Below are positions 9,982 to 20,007 of a stretch of 64,000 nt of DNA, piece after piece. A model generated the notes under the pieces. It was not told where the DNA came from. It saw only the letters and a list, made by a program, of their open reading frames with translations, and did not search any database. The stretch lies in the NCBI GenBank assembly GCA_045646345.1, contig JAZRKN010000001.1, forward strand, positions 64,001 to 128,000, given 5' to 3'. The DNA is from Candidatus Scatovivens sp. Lineage in GTDB: Bacteria > Bacillota > Clostridia > TANB77 > CAG-508. The position numbers were made by a program, and so were the translations under genes. Within the stretch, counting starts at the first letter, position 1. Every line of letters starts with the position of its first letter.

Positions 9982-11853
9982 TCAGATTTTAACCGCTACA
10001 ACACTGTATTTAGGCAAAATACCTTTTTGAATTTCAGTGTCACAATTTTGGTCGCCTTCTCCCATTGAGAACATGATATTTTTATTTTTCAAACAATCCG
10101 GTAGTTTTTTTGCTATTTCGTTTCTATTAATAGCAAAGAACATATCTTCATGTCTATAAACAAGCACCCCATCTTTTTCTTCAAGAATTTCGAAATCCGC
10201 AGAAGCAAAAGTTGCTCTATGATCAGATCTAAAAATTCCCAAATTTTTATAAAGATTATAGCTTGTCATATCAATATCATGCCACGGAAGTGGCCACTTG
10301 TTTGTAGGGTCTTTAAGACCTGGTACTCCCATCTCATCGCCTGCAAAGATTGAAGGCAATCCAGGCAATGTGTACTGTAAGAAAACAGCAATTCTTCTTA
10401 AGTTTTCCGCTAAAACTCGTTTTTCGCCAGTGATTTGATAGTTTTCCATTTCATACTTTCTAAAACGATAAGTATTAAATGTTCCATCTTCATTTAGCCA
10501 ATCAGGAGACTTTTCCATGTCCCATACATTTTCATAACTTTCATCTTCCTTCATATATTCATTTGTAAGAATATTCATAGGTCGAGGAATATCATGAGAT
10601 GACATGAAAATTGGAGATCTTTTTAAAGCAGTTTCAGGATACAATTCACATACACTGTTAACAATCCTTCTAAAATACGGACCATTTCCCCATCTTGTAT
10701 AACGATAAATCGCATAAGGGAATTGATAGTTCATTACACAGTCTAGTTCTTCACCATTAAAGAAACTTCTATGTTCACCAGTTATAGCATGTTTCCATAC
10801 TTCACCCATGAAAATAGTATTTGGAAAATGGGATTTCAAATATGCAATCGTACTACTATGCAAATTATCTGCAACATCAAATCTGAAGAAATCACAGTAA
10901 TTTAATAGATTGCGAAGCATTGCTACCATATAGTCCAAATATTCTTTTTCTGCCTGATCAAATTCTGGTAAATGCTTATAGCCCCACCAGCATTTTGGTT
11001 CAACCAACCATTTTTCCCATTTGTATAGGTGCGGTTTTTCTTTTAATAATCCATTTAAAATACTAGAATGATTTATTACGACATCTAATCCAAGGCTCAT
11101 TTCAAGTTTATTTGCCTCTTCATGTAGTCTTTTTAATTTTTCCCAATCACCTAGTATCGGATCCACCTCAAAATAATCGACTGTATCATAGCGATTAGAA
11201 GAGCCCGACTTTAAAACAGGACAACAGTATATTGCAGTTACTCCCAAGCTTTTTATATGCGGAAGTTTTTCAATAATACCTTCAATAGTTCCTCCATAGT
11301 ACTGATCGTTGCGATATTCACCATCTTCATCTGGCCACCACTTTGGCGGTGCATCCCAAGGAACGACTTTGTCTTTGAAGTCTTCAGGCAAGTTTTTTTG
11401 GAAAAATGTATCAGGGTAAATCTGATATGCAATTCCACCTTCTAAACCGCAATCTGGAGTGTCATACTTCACAGAATATGTCATCGTTTCCCAAAATGCA
11501 TATCGACTATCCTCAATAAATTCCGTGATTACTGGAACACTTGTAGAATAATCTCTTTTTACGTACATTCTCTTGTCATTCAATTGCAGTGCGATTATAA
11601 ATGTTCTATAACCAGCAGTCTGCTGTTGGAATTGGGCAACAAATACGTTGTGCTTTTTACCAGATTCTTGGATGTTATAAATCATTTCATAACATCCATC
11701 CTCTCCGGGATATTGCCCATATTTGTTGAAGAAAACTTTTACATTTTCCACTTTCCCGAGTTCTTTCGAAATCTTAAGTTTAATCTTTTGCGTTTCGAAC
11801 AGTTTATGCGATGTGATGTATTCAAGTAAAATTTCTGATGATCTTCGAATCAT
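9982..11853 (-). CDS. Cytoplasmic GH13 glycoside hydrolase (neopullulanase/cyclomaltodextrinase-like)
   Basis: YQIYPDTF, YDTVDY, DVVINH and catalytic triad motifs FRFDVAD / GEVW / SSHD; RBS AAGGGGGT before ATG 11853. Confidence 0.9.
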   Translation of the reverse strand: MIRRSSEILLEYITSHKLFETQKIKLKISKELGKVENVKVFFNKYGQYPGEDGCYEMIYNIQESGKKHNVFVAQFQQQTAGYRTFIIALQLNDKRMYVKRDYSTSVPVITEFIEDSRYAFWETMTYSVKYDTPDCGLEGGIAYQIYPDTFFQKNLPEDFKDKVVPWDAPPKWWPDEDGEYRNDQYYGGTIEGIIEKLPHIKSLGVTAIYCCPVLKSGSSNRYDTVDYFEVDPILGDWEKLKRLHEEANKLEMSLGLDVVINHSSILNGLLKEKPHLYKWEKWLVEPKCWWGYKHLPEFDQAEKEYLDYMVAMLRNLLNYCDFFRFDVADNLHSSTIAYLKSHFPNTIFMGEVWKHAITGEHRSFFNGEELDCVMNYQFPYAIYRYTRWGNGPYFRRIVNSVCELYPETALKRSPIFMSSHDIPRPMNILTNEYMKEDESYENVWDMEKSPDWLNEDGTFNTYRFRKYEMENYQITGEKRVLAENLRRIAVFLQYTLPGLPSIFAGDEMGVPGLKDPTNKWPLPWHDIDMTSYNLYKNLGIFRSDHRATFASADFEILEEKDGVLVYRHEDMFFAINRNEIAKKLPDCLKNKNIMFSMGEGDQNCDTEIQKGILPKYSVVAVKI

Positions 11854-11913
11854 AATGCATACCCCCTTAATTAAGATTTTACACATCATACAAAGCACTA
11901 AATGCTCTATGAC

Positions 11914-11942
11914 AATTTATTATTTTTTTCGACATTTGTCAA
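11914..11942 (-). promoter_or_regulatory. Promoter of GH13 gene with perfect Spo0A box in the spacer
   Basis: TTGACA (11942-11937), 17 bp, TAAATT; TGTCGAA at 11934-11928. Confidence 0.5.
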
Positions 11943-11944
11943 CA

Positions 11945-13453
11945 TTAATTTCCTGGTTCATATTCTTTTAATACAACATCATGTGCTCCACCTTCAATTA
12001 TACTAACATTTGAAACCATTGTTAATCTTGCTCTATCGTGGAATTCCGGAATTGAGATACAACCGCAATTACACATTGTAGATTTTATTTTGCTTACTGT
12101 TACTTCAACATTATCTTTTAATGGTCCTGCATATGGTATGTAAGAATCAACTCCTTCTTCAAAAGTAAGTTTATTTTTAGCTTCTCCTCCCATATCATAT
12201 CTTTGCCAGTTTCTTGCTCTATTTGAACCTTCACCCCAATATTCTTTCATGAATGTTCCATTTCTTTTTACAATTCTTGAAGGACTTTCATCAAATCTTG
12301 CAAAATATCTTCCCATCATTACAAAATCTGCTCCCATAGCCAACGCTAAAGTTATATGATAATCGTGTACAATTCCCCCATCAGAACATATTGGAATATA
12401 TACTCCTGTTCTTTCAAAATATTCATTTCTAGCTTCAACTACATCTAAAAGTGCACTAGCTTGTCCACGACCAATTCCCTTTGTCTCACGAGTTATACAA
12501 ATTGATCCTCCACCAACACCAACTTTAATAAAGTCAGCACCAGCATCAGCTAAGTAATAAAAGCCATCTTTATCAACAACATTTCCAGCTCCAATTTTAA
12601 CTGAATCTCCATAATGCTCTCTTACCCAATCAATTGTATTTTTTTGCCATACAGAATATCCATCTGAAGAGTCCATACACACCATATCAACACCTGCTTC
12701 AACTAAAGCTGGAATTCTGTCTGCATAATCTCTTGTGTTAATACCTGCACCGACAATAAAGCTTTTATTTTCATCTAATAATGAATTTGGATTTTCTTTA
12801 TCTGATTCATAGTCTTTTCTAAACACTAAAGCATCTAGATTATCATATTCATCTAAAATAGGTAAACAACTAATTTTATTTTCCCAAATCAAGTCATTTG
12901 CTTCTGTTAATGAAATTCCTTTTCTAGCAAAATAAAGTTTTTCTTTTGGCATCATATAATTAGAAACAGGTTCATCTAAGTTAACTCTAGAGATTCTATA
13001 ATCTTTATCTGTTACTAATCCTAAAAACTTTCCGTTTGCAGTACCATCTTCTGTAATCATTACAGTTGAATGTCCTGTTCTTTCAATCAAAGCTAATAAT
13101 TCTCTAATTGAAGCATTAGGCATAACATTTGAGTCACTTTTGATAAAACCTGCTTTGTATTTTTTTACATTTCTTACCATTTGAGCTTGTGATTCTATAC
13201 TTTGTGCACCATATATAAATGAGCATCCACCTTCTCTCGCAAGCGCAATAGCCATTTTTTCTCCTGAAACTGATTGCATTATTGCAGAAACTAAAGGTAA
13301 GTTCGCACTATATTTAGGTTCTTCTCCTCTATGATATTTCACAAGTGGTGTTCTTAAAGACACATTACTAGGAATACATCTTTCATCTGTTAAATTTGGC
13401 AATAGTAAAAATTCATTAAATGTTCTTGATACATCTTTTAATATTTCAGCCAT
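11945..13453 (-). CDS. guaB: IMP dehydrogenase with CBS subdomain
   Basis: [20 protein letters not shown] (catalytic Cys), CSDGGI, YWGEGS, EEGV; start set at MAEILKD. Confidence 0.97.
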   Translation of the reverse strand: MAEILKDVSRTFNEFLLLPNLTDERCIPSNVSLRTPLVKYHRGEEPKYSANLPLVSAIMQSVSGEKMAIALAREGGCSFIYGAQSIESQAQMVRNVKKYKAGFIKSDSNVMPNASIRELLALIERTGHSTVMITEDGTANGKFLGLVTDKDYRISRVNLDEPVSNYMMPKEKLYFARKGISLTEANDLIWENKISCLPILDEYDNLDALVFRKDYESDKENPNSLLDENKSFIVGAGINTRDYADRIPALVEAGVDMVCMDSSDGYSVWQKNTIDWVREHYGDSVKIGAGNVVDKDGFYYLADAGADFIKVGVGGGSICITRETKGIGRGQASALLDVVEARNEYFERTGVYIPICSDGGIVHDYHITLALAMGADFVMMGRYFARFDESPSRIVKRNGTFMKEYWGEGSNRARNWQRYDMGGEAKNKLTFEEGVDSYIPYAGPLKDNVEVTVSKIKSTMCNCGCISIPEFHDRARLTMVSNVSIIEGGAHDVVLKEYEPGN

Positions 13454-13615
13454 TTTTCCCTCCTCATTATTTATTTTTATACAAAATTTTAATATTAATA
13501 TTATATCTATAATTCTATCTAAAATCAATTTCAAATTTTAATTTTTCTAGTTTTTCATTAAAAAGCAAAACATCACAATGTTATATGTTTAATACCATTG
13601 TGATGCTTTGTAATT

Positions 13616-14632
13616 TTAACTACAATATCTGCATAATATAGATCTTAATCCTATATCCAAATCTATCTTACCATTTTTATAATTATAATCCAAATCTGTA
13701 AGTTCATCTAAAATTGTTCTAAGTTCACTCATTTTAAAATACGATGCTTGTTTTTTATATTTTGTCACTAAAAATGTTTGTGTTGGTTTTAAATTTAATG
13801 AATTCACAACATCTTTATTCAACTTAACTGCTATTGCGCATAAATATATTTTTTTAAAATGTCCGTATAACGTAATTAATATTTTTTGTATAGGTTCTTT
13901 TTGATAAATTAAATTATCTAAAATTTCTAACGCTTTATCAATTTTCCTCATTGCAAGAAAATCTGTTAAATCAAATATAACACTTTCTATTTGCTTTATT
14001 GATAATTTATTAACCGCATCTAAAGTTATTGTACCGTTCTCTCCTGAATATTCTATAAGTTTTCTTATTTCATTAATTAAATTTTGAAGATTTGTCCCAC
14101 ACGTTTCAATTAAATAATTTAAAGTCATGTCATCAACATTTACTTTATATAAACCACAAATTTGTTTTAATTTTTTTACTAATTGAGCTGGTCTTAATTC
14201 TTCACAATTGCATAAAATTCCCTGTTTTTGAACTTTTTCAAAAACTATGTTTTTATCTGCAGTACCTTCTACAAAAACTAATATTACAGATTCTTCAATT
14301 ATCTCCATATTGTTTTCTATATATTCTGCAACTTTATCTTGCATCGGAGAACCTGATTTTTTTCTTCCATCTTTTTTGAAAAGACCGGAATTTTTTACAA
14401 TTATTAATTTTTTATCAAATCCAAATGCTGGCATTTCAATATCCGAAATCAAATTATCCAAATTTGTTTCATCGATTAAAATGTAGTTAATTCCAAGAAC
14501 TCTCTCTCCAAACTTTTTCTTTATTTTATTAACACATGTATCTACTAAATATTGATCATCACCATATATTAAATATAATGGTTTTAATTCTGCATTTAAA
14601 CTTTTCTCTAACGCGTCATATGTTAAGTCCAT
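13616..14632 (-). CDS. holA: DNA polymerase III delta subunit
   Basis: LKPLYLIYGDDQYL, NEIRKL, IFDLTD, D...KNGK. Confidence 0.92.
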   Translation of the reverse strand: MDLTYDALEKSLNAELKPLYLIYGDDQYLVDTCVNKIKKKFGERVLGINYILIDETNLDNLISDIEMPAFGFDKKLIIVKNSGLFKKDGRKKSGSPMQDKVAEYIENNMEIIEESVILVFVEGTADKNIVFEKVQKQGILCNCEELRPAQLVKKLKQICGLYKVNVDDMTLNYLIETCGTNLQNLINEIRKLIEYSGENGTITLDAVNKLSIKQIESVIFDLTDFLAMRKIDKALEILDNLIYQKEPIQKILITLYGHFKKIYLCAIAVKLNKDVVNSLNLKPTQTFLVTKYKKQASYFKMSELRTILDELTDLDYNYKNGKIDLDIGLRSILCRYCS

Positions 14633-14671
14633 ATTTATACCTCTTTAAATTACACTTTATTTTACTTTTTC

Positions 14672-14700
14672 ATTTTATAATTTTTATTTTTTATTGTCAA
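14672..14700 (-). promoter_or_regulatory. Sigma-A promoter of holA
   Basis: TTGACA (14700-14695), 17 bp, TAAAAT (14677-14672). Confidence 0.65.
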
Positions 14701-14730
14701 TTATAAAGCATTACTTTTAGCAAGATATAT

Positions 14731-14763
14731 AAAAAAAGCAGTTTGAGTGCCAAACCGCTTTTT
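14731..14763 (-). terminator. Terminator after oapA
   Basis: aaaaaaagcagtttg-agtgc-caaaccgcttttt. Confidence 0.7.
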
Positions 14764-14775
14764 ATCTATTACATT

Positions 14776-15306
14776 CTAATTATCTAAATTTATAATTTTT
14801 GATATGAATTCTATTATTTTTGTAGAATTTTTCTTTGCAATTTCTTTAGTTATAGCTTTTCCACCAACAGTAACTGATGAAACAATTGCACTAAATATAA
14901 ATTGAATTGAAGAACTCATTCCATAGTTTTCTGTTAATTTAAAAGCAATCATAGCACTTATTGCACCACTCAAAACTCCACAAATATCACCAATTACATC
15001 TGCACAAAAATTGGCTACTTTTCCTGAATTTCTAATCATTTTAATAGATGTTTTTGCACCTTTTATTTTTTTACTAGCTTGTGCATGGAAATCTTCTTCA
15101 TTTCCTACAGTTACTGCTACAGCTATTAAATCAAATACAACACCAATTAAGATAACTACTATTAAACTTAGTATTCCTAACACTATATTTAAGTTTGCTA
15201 TTACTGTATTTGATATAAATGAAAAAAGCAATGATAAAATAAATGTTGTTATAGCTATAACTATAACCCAACTATTGTTATTTGTTTTTTTCTGGTTTTC
15301 TTTCAA
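14776..15306 (-). CDS. oapA: OLE-associated protein A (DUF21/CNNM-type 4-TM protein)
   Basis: Four TM segments; FHAQASKKIKGA, FCADVIGDICGVLSG (paired Asp motif), VTVGGKA; immediately downstream of the OLE-like RNA. Confidence 0.85.
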   Translation of the reverse strand: MKENQKKTNNNSWVIVIAITTFILSLLFSFISNTVIANLNIVLGILSLIVVILIGVVFDLIAVAVTVGNEEDFHAQASKKIKGAKTSIKMIRNSGKVANFCADVIGDICGVLSGAISAMIAFKLTENYGMSSSIQFIFSAIVSSVTVGGKAITKEIAKKNSTKIIEFISKIINLDN

Positions 15307-15374
15307 TTTTTAATCTTCTCCTTTTTATAATTTGTTATCTTTTGATTTTATTAATTTAAATTAATAAAATATAC

Positions 15375-15405
15375 AAAAAAACGGAATACAAAATATTCCA
15401 TTTTT
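15375..15405 (-). terminator. Putative intrinsic terminator between OLE RNA and oapA
   Basis: Minus strand UGGAAUA-UUUUG-UAUUCCG-UUUUUUU. Confidence 0.6.
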
Positions 15406-15427
15406 CCTTATCTTATTATAAACTCTT

Positions 15428-15996
15428 ATTGGTAGGAATTCGAGTAAATTTTACGGTTTAGGTCTAGCAGATTTTCTCGTTTTTTCACTTCTCATTACTG
15501 ATAAGCCGTTTCCATTTAAGAAAAAACACATATCTTTTGTAAAAGATTGTCGCCAGATCACCACTTAAATCCGTACCTTAATCCCCAAATCCCCATGCTC
15601 AAAATTAAAGCAAACATTCTAGAAATTTTCTTTGAGTATCTTAGCCTATTATTAGTCTTTTTTGCAATAGTTGTTTCAAAATCAATTAGTAACCCTTATT
15701 TGGCCAAAAATAATTGTTATAATTATCGATTTATCCCCAAATACCACTCAAGACAGTATTTTACCACCATATAAGATAACAATATGGATTTTACCTATTT
15801 TTTTCAAAATAAGTCTCAATGAATTTAGGAATCGTTTGTATGCCATTACAAGTTATCCTAAAAACTTTTTCCCAAGAATCACGCAAAACTGGGCGTAATG
15901 CGCAAGGTTCTCAAAAAACTTCGACTGTGAATACTTTCTAGTAGATTTTTAGCCCTACCCTCATAATAGGAGTATACACTAGAATAATGCACCAAC
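15428..15996 (-). ncRNA. ole: OLE (ornate large extremophilic) RNA, AU-rich divergent variant, ~570 nt
   Basis: OLE-like blocks recalled from the family (UAUUCUAGU..UACUCC..GGGUAGGGCUAAAAAUC; ACGCCCAGU; UUGAGU..ACUCAAAGAAA; GGGGAUUAAGGU..UAAGUGGUGAUC; GAAAAUCUGCUAGACCUAAACC..AUUUACUCG); 5' GUUGGUG pairs with 3' UACCAAU; UUCUAGU/ACUAGAA helix; oapA adjacent. Confidence 0.85.
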
Positions 15997-16002
15997 GAAA
16001 TT

Positions 16003-16031
16003 ATTATAGCAGTTTTGTTTTAAACATTCAA
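16003..16031 (-). promoter_or_regulatory. Sigma-A promoter for ole
   Basis: TTGAAT (16031-16026), 17 bp, extended -10 TGcTATAAT (16008-16003), 7 nt upstream of the predicted 5' end. Confidence 0.75.
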
Positions 16032-16199
16032 ATCCCATGCAAGTTTTCTTAAGTTAAAATTAAGTTTCAGCCAATTCCTGTAAACACCATCTCTTCTTTT
16101 TTCTTATTTTATCTCTTTAATTCTCTTTAAATCTTTTAATATCATTATGATTAATTTTCACAACACAAAAAACACCTTATTTAATTTACAGAATTTCCA

Positions 16200-16228
16200 T
16201 TGACTATAATTTTTCATAAAGATATAAT
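16200..16228 (+). promoter_or_regulatory. Sigma-A promoter divergent from ole
   Basis: TTGACT (16200-16205), 17 bp, TATAAT (16223-16228). Confidence 0.6.
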
Positions 16229-16260
16229 TTATTTATAATAATTTTAAGGGGGAATTTTCT

Positions 16261-16767
16261 ATGTACGATGAAAGTTCTATGAAAAGTCATATTTTTTGGA
16301 TAAAATTTAAAAGAGTGTTTTCTATTATATTTTTCACTGCATTAGGTTCTGCATTAGGCGCAATTATAAGTTCTTATATTATAGATGTTTTATTGTTTCC
16401 TAAATTCTTATCTCCAATAATAGTTGTTATTTCTTCTCTTTTATTTTTAGGATTCGCAAATTTAATGACAGCTAATACCGGAAAAGAAGTTCAAGATGCT
16501 TATTGGAAAATTGCAGTTTATAAAAAATTAGCTATAATATCAAAAAAATTAGATAATTTAGAGAAACTTGAAAACTTAGAAAAAATTAATAATATTTTAA
16601 ATCCAGATGATGAAAAAAATACAACATCAAAAATAAAAAAAATTAAAGAAACTGAAAAGGAACAAAATACTTCAGAAATGCCTCATGAATCATCTTCAAC
16701 TTTAGATTCTACAACTCAAGTTATTGAATCAGAATTATCTAGCCAAGAAAATAAAGTAACAACCTAA
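16261..16767 (+). CDS. Hypothetical 2-TM membrane protein with coiled-coil and low-complexity tail
   Basis: RBS AAGGGGG, two hydrophobic helices, convergent terminator at ~16778-16812. Confidence 0.7.
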   Translation: MYDESSMKSHIFWIKFKRVFSIIFFTALGSALGAIISSYIIDVLLFPKFLSPIIVVISSLLFLGFANLMTANTGKEVQDAYWKIAVYKKLAIISKKLDNLEKLENLEKINNILNPDDEKNTTSKIKKIKETEKEQNTSEMPHESSSTLDSTTQVIESELSSQENKVTT

Positions 16768-16833
16768 ATAAATATACAAAAAAGAAGTTACAATTTTTGT
16801 AACTTCTTTTTTACGTTCATTTTGTATTATTTA

Positions 16834-18129
16834 TTAATATCCTGGTTTTTCTAATAATCTAAACATATTCTTTTTATACTCTTCTACACCTGGTTGATTG
16901 AATGGATTTACTCCTAACATTGTTCCAGAAATAGCACAAGCCTTTTCGAAGAAATAAATTAGTTCTCCTAGATTTTCTTCATCTAGTTTTTCCATTTCAA
17001 TCATTATATTTGGAACATTTCCTGTAACATGAGCTAAAACAGTTCCTTCCATTGCTTTACTATTAACATATCCAACAGTTTTTCCAGCTAAATAATTTAA
17101 TCCATCTAAATTTTGGTCGTCTGGTTGAATTGTAATTTCAGAAGCATTTGTTCCTATTTTTAAAACAGTCTCTAATAGATCTCTTCTTCCATCTTGAATG
17201 TATTGTCCCATTGAGTGTAAGTCAGTTGTTAAATCAACGCCAGCAGGGAAAATTCCTTTTAAATCTTTTCCTTCACTTTCTCCATAAAGTTGTTTCCACC
17301 ATTCTGTCATATAGTGAAGTTTTGGCTCGTAGTTAGCTAAAATTTCAATTGTTTTTCCTGATCTATATAATAAATTTCTAACAACAGCATATTTATAGCA
17401 ATCATTATATTTTAAATCAGAATCAGCATATTTATCTTGTGCTTGTTTAGCACCTTTCATTAATTTATCTATATCGATACCAGCTGCAGCTATTGGTAAC
17501 AATCCTACTGCTGTTAAAACAGAAAATCTTCCTCCAACATTATCTGGAATTACAAATTTTTCATATTTCTCATTGTCTGCTAATGTTTTTAAAGCACCTT
17601 TTTGTTTATCTGTTGTTACATAAATTCTTTTTCTTGCTTCTTCAACACCATATTTTGTTTCTAATACTTCTCTAAAAATTCTAAAAGCAATAGCTGGTTC
17701 TGTTGTTGTTACAGATTTTGAAATAATCTTTATAGAGATATCCTTATCAGCAACATATTCTAATAATTCATTCATATATACTGGACTCATATTATGACCT
17801 GCATATACTATAACTGGTGTTTTTTTGTTTGCCATTTGGCTATGGAATGAGTGTGATAAAGCATCTATTACAGCTCTAGCTCCTAAGTATGAACCACCAA
17901 TACCTATAACAACTAAAACATCTGAATCTTTTTGAATTTTTTGCGCTGCTTTTTTTATTCTAGCAAATTCTTCTTTATCATAGTTAGTTGGAAGTTCCAT
18001 CCAACCTAAAAATTCTTTTTCATCATTTGCTTTTGTATGAAGTCCTTCATGTATTTTTGCAATTTCTTCGCTATACTCAGTAATTATTTTTTCTTCAATA
18101 CTTGAGTTTTCTAAATTTAATTTAATCAT
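16834..18129 (-). CDS. pgi: Glucose-6-phosphate isomerase
   Basis: [45 protein letters not shown]. Confidence 0.97.
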   Translation of the reverse strand: MIKLNLENSSIEEKIITEYSEEIAKIHEGLHTKANDEKEFLGWMELPTNYDKEEFARIKKAAQKIQKDSDVLVVIGIGGSYLGARAVIDALSHSFHSQMANKKTPVIVYAGHNMSPVYMNELLEYVADKDISIKIISKSVTTTEPAIAFRIFREVLETKYGVEEARKRIYVTTDKQKGALKTLADNEKYEKFVIPDNVGGRFSVLTAVGLLPIAAAGIDIDKLMKGAKQAQDKYADSDLKYNDCYKYAVVRNLLYRSGKTIEILANYEPKLHYMTEWWKQLYGESEGKDLKGIFPAGVDLTTDLHSMGQYIQDGRRDLLETVLKIGTNASEITIQPDDQNLDGLNYLAGKTVGYVNSKAMEGTVLAHVTGNVPNIMIEMEKLDEENLGELIYFFEKACAISGTMLGVNPFNQPGVEEYKKNMFRLLEKPGY

Positions 18130-18217
18130 TATAAGCCTCCTAAAATATAACTTATTATTTTTACAGACTGATTATATCATAAGGTCCGAAAAAAATATGT
18201 GATTTTTATGTGAAATT

Positions 18218-18703
18218 TTATATTGTACCAGGTTCGTTTAAAATGTTTATTTTATCTATAAATCCTGTTGTTGAATATTCCATTTCTATTAAATATTTTT
18301 TTCTTGCATTTAAAGCGTTTCTTATTCTTGTCAAATTTTTAATGTATTCTGTTTTATCAGTTTTTTCTATTGGTCTTATTGCATTTTCAATTCCTAATTC
18401 AAAAAACTCTTTATTATTATTAACTACTAATTGAGGAAATCTAAAAAAATCTTCCTCATCGTCATAAGCCGCTGAATTTGTAACTAAAATTGCAATTAAT
18501 TTCTTTACATTTGATCCATTTTGAATTCCTTCATACATTGTAAATTTATTATTAAAAGTATTAACTTCTTGTTCTGTAAATTTATCCATTGATTCATATG
18601 TACTAGTAGCTGCATTTCCATAGGCTAACATTCCTATTGATATCATTAAAACAACTACACAAACAGCTCCACTTATTAAAAGAGATTTTGTATTATTTCC
18701 CAT
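18218..18703 (-). CDS. Small secreted or pilin-like protein with single N-terminal helix
   Basis: MGNNTKSLLISG + hydrophobic helix + QEV..FN.KF..YEG...G..VK.L pattern seen in clostridial pilin-like proteins. Confidence 0.55.
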   Translation of the reverse strand: MGNNTKSLLISGAVCVVVLMISIGMLAYGNAATSTYESMDKFTEQEVNTFNNKFTMYEGIQNGSNVKKLIAILVTNSAAYDDEEDFFRFPQLVVNNNKEFFELGIENAIRPIEKTDKTEYIKNLTRIRNALNARKKYLIEMEYSTTGFIDKINILNEPGTI

Positions 18704-18793
18704 AATCAATTACACATCCTTTATATAAAATAACCGAAATCATTTTATCATAATTTCCTTTATTTTTCAATAATTGTATGGTTTTATCGCTTA

Positions 18794-19855
18794 TTATCTT
18801 GTAAGCATTATTAAAAAATATTTTTCTTTTTCTGATAATTCATCTTTTATTTTCAAATGATTTATTAAAAAGTTTATTTTCGCCCTTTCTATTTCTCCCT
18901 CTAAAGTCAAATGGATTTTACAATATTTATAAATTACCCATCCACCAAATATTATTGTAGCTAATAAAGTAATGGCAGAGAAATTCATCAAGAGTACTAA
19001 AACAAAGACAAATACAATTGCTTTTACAATCTCTGTTACTTCTTCTTTAGAAAGTCCTTCTTTAGTTCCTTTTTCTAAAGTATTTAAAAACTTATTAATT
19101 TTTCTTTGAACTATGTTTTCATCATAAAAACCTTTTTTTACTAATTCATCTTTTATCATATTTTTAAAAATCTTTCTTTCTCGCTCAATTTCTCTTTGAT
19201 GACTTTCAAAAAGATTTTTTATAGGTGCTGAAATTTCACTAGATTTACTATTAAAAACATATTGTTCTAATTTAGTTAATATATTGTCATCAAAATCAAT
19301 CTCTTCTTTTACTTTATCAAACTTATTTAAAATTCCTATACTTCTATAATAATATTTCAAGCGAAATACTGTAGTTTCATATTGATAACTTTTAGTTAAA
19401 ATAGCATTTGCTAAAATCGGTTCATATATCGGTAGCTCATATAACGTATCATCGGATACATCATACTTTTCTTTTAATATTTTTTCATAATTTATTTTTT
19501 TTATAAAAGTAAAAAACGCAAAAATAATATTACTTACAAAAACAATAATATCCATCACAATCAACAAAATAATACTTAGCAATATTATTACATCTCTAGC
19601 AGAATTTGCACTCAAGCAAACTCTATTTTCAATTATATCTTTTACTCCTAATATAAAAATATCATCAATTTCTTTACATCCTGTATTTAAATCTACTGTA
19701 ATTTGGTAATTTTCAAACATTATTTCATTAGAATATACAGCTATCATACCCTCTTTATTTGGATATGAGCAAATAAGATAAAAAGTTCCAATTATACATG
19801 CACAGAAAAAAAACAAAACTATTTGTCCTACAAAAAAATCAAATATTTTTCTCAT
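18794..19855 (-). CDS. Hypothetical membrane protein (C-terminus reminiscent of DUF2207 proteins)
   Basis: Several TM helices; LTLEGE.ER.K...L...L after the last TM pair. Confidence 0.6.
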   Translation of the reverse strand: MRKIFDFFVGQIVLFFFCACIIGTFYLICSYPNKEGMIAVYSNEIMFENYQITVDLNTGCKEIDDIFILGVKDIIENRVCLSANSARDVIILLSIILLIVMDIIVFVSNIIFAFFTFIKKINYEKILKEKYDVSDDTLYELPIYEPILANAILTKSYQYETTVFRLKYYYRSIGILNKFDKVKEEIDFDDNILTKLEQYVFNSKSSEISAPIKNLFESHQREIERERKIFKNMIKDELVKKGFYDENIVQRKINKFLNTLEKGTKEGLSKEEVTEIVKAIVFVFVLVLLMNFSAITLLATIIFGGWVIYKYCKIHLTLEGEIERAKINFLINHLKIKDELSEKEKYFLIMLTR

Positions 19856-20007
19856 ACAAAACTCCTTTTAGCAATTTCAATTTTATTATACTATTTATTC
19901 ATTCTTTTTCCAATTTCTTTAACAAAAAAAATATATTTTTTATTGACCTTTTTACTTAATAATAATATGATAATATACATAGAAAAAATTAAGGAGAATT
20001 TACAAAA

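Noticed and set aside
13454-13615. Possible riboswitch upstream of guaB and the extended ORF start at 13534
   Set aside because: Only an AT-rich spacer and the holA terminator hairpin; the RBS supports ATG 13453
15547-15898. Plus-strand ORFs 15547-15774 and 15671-15898
   Set aside because: TTG starts without RBS, no recognisable protein features, and antisense to the OLE RNA
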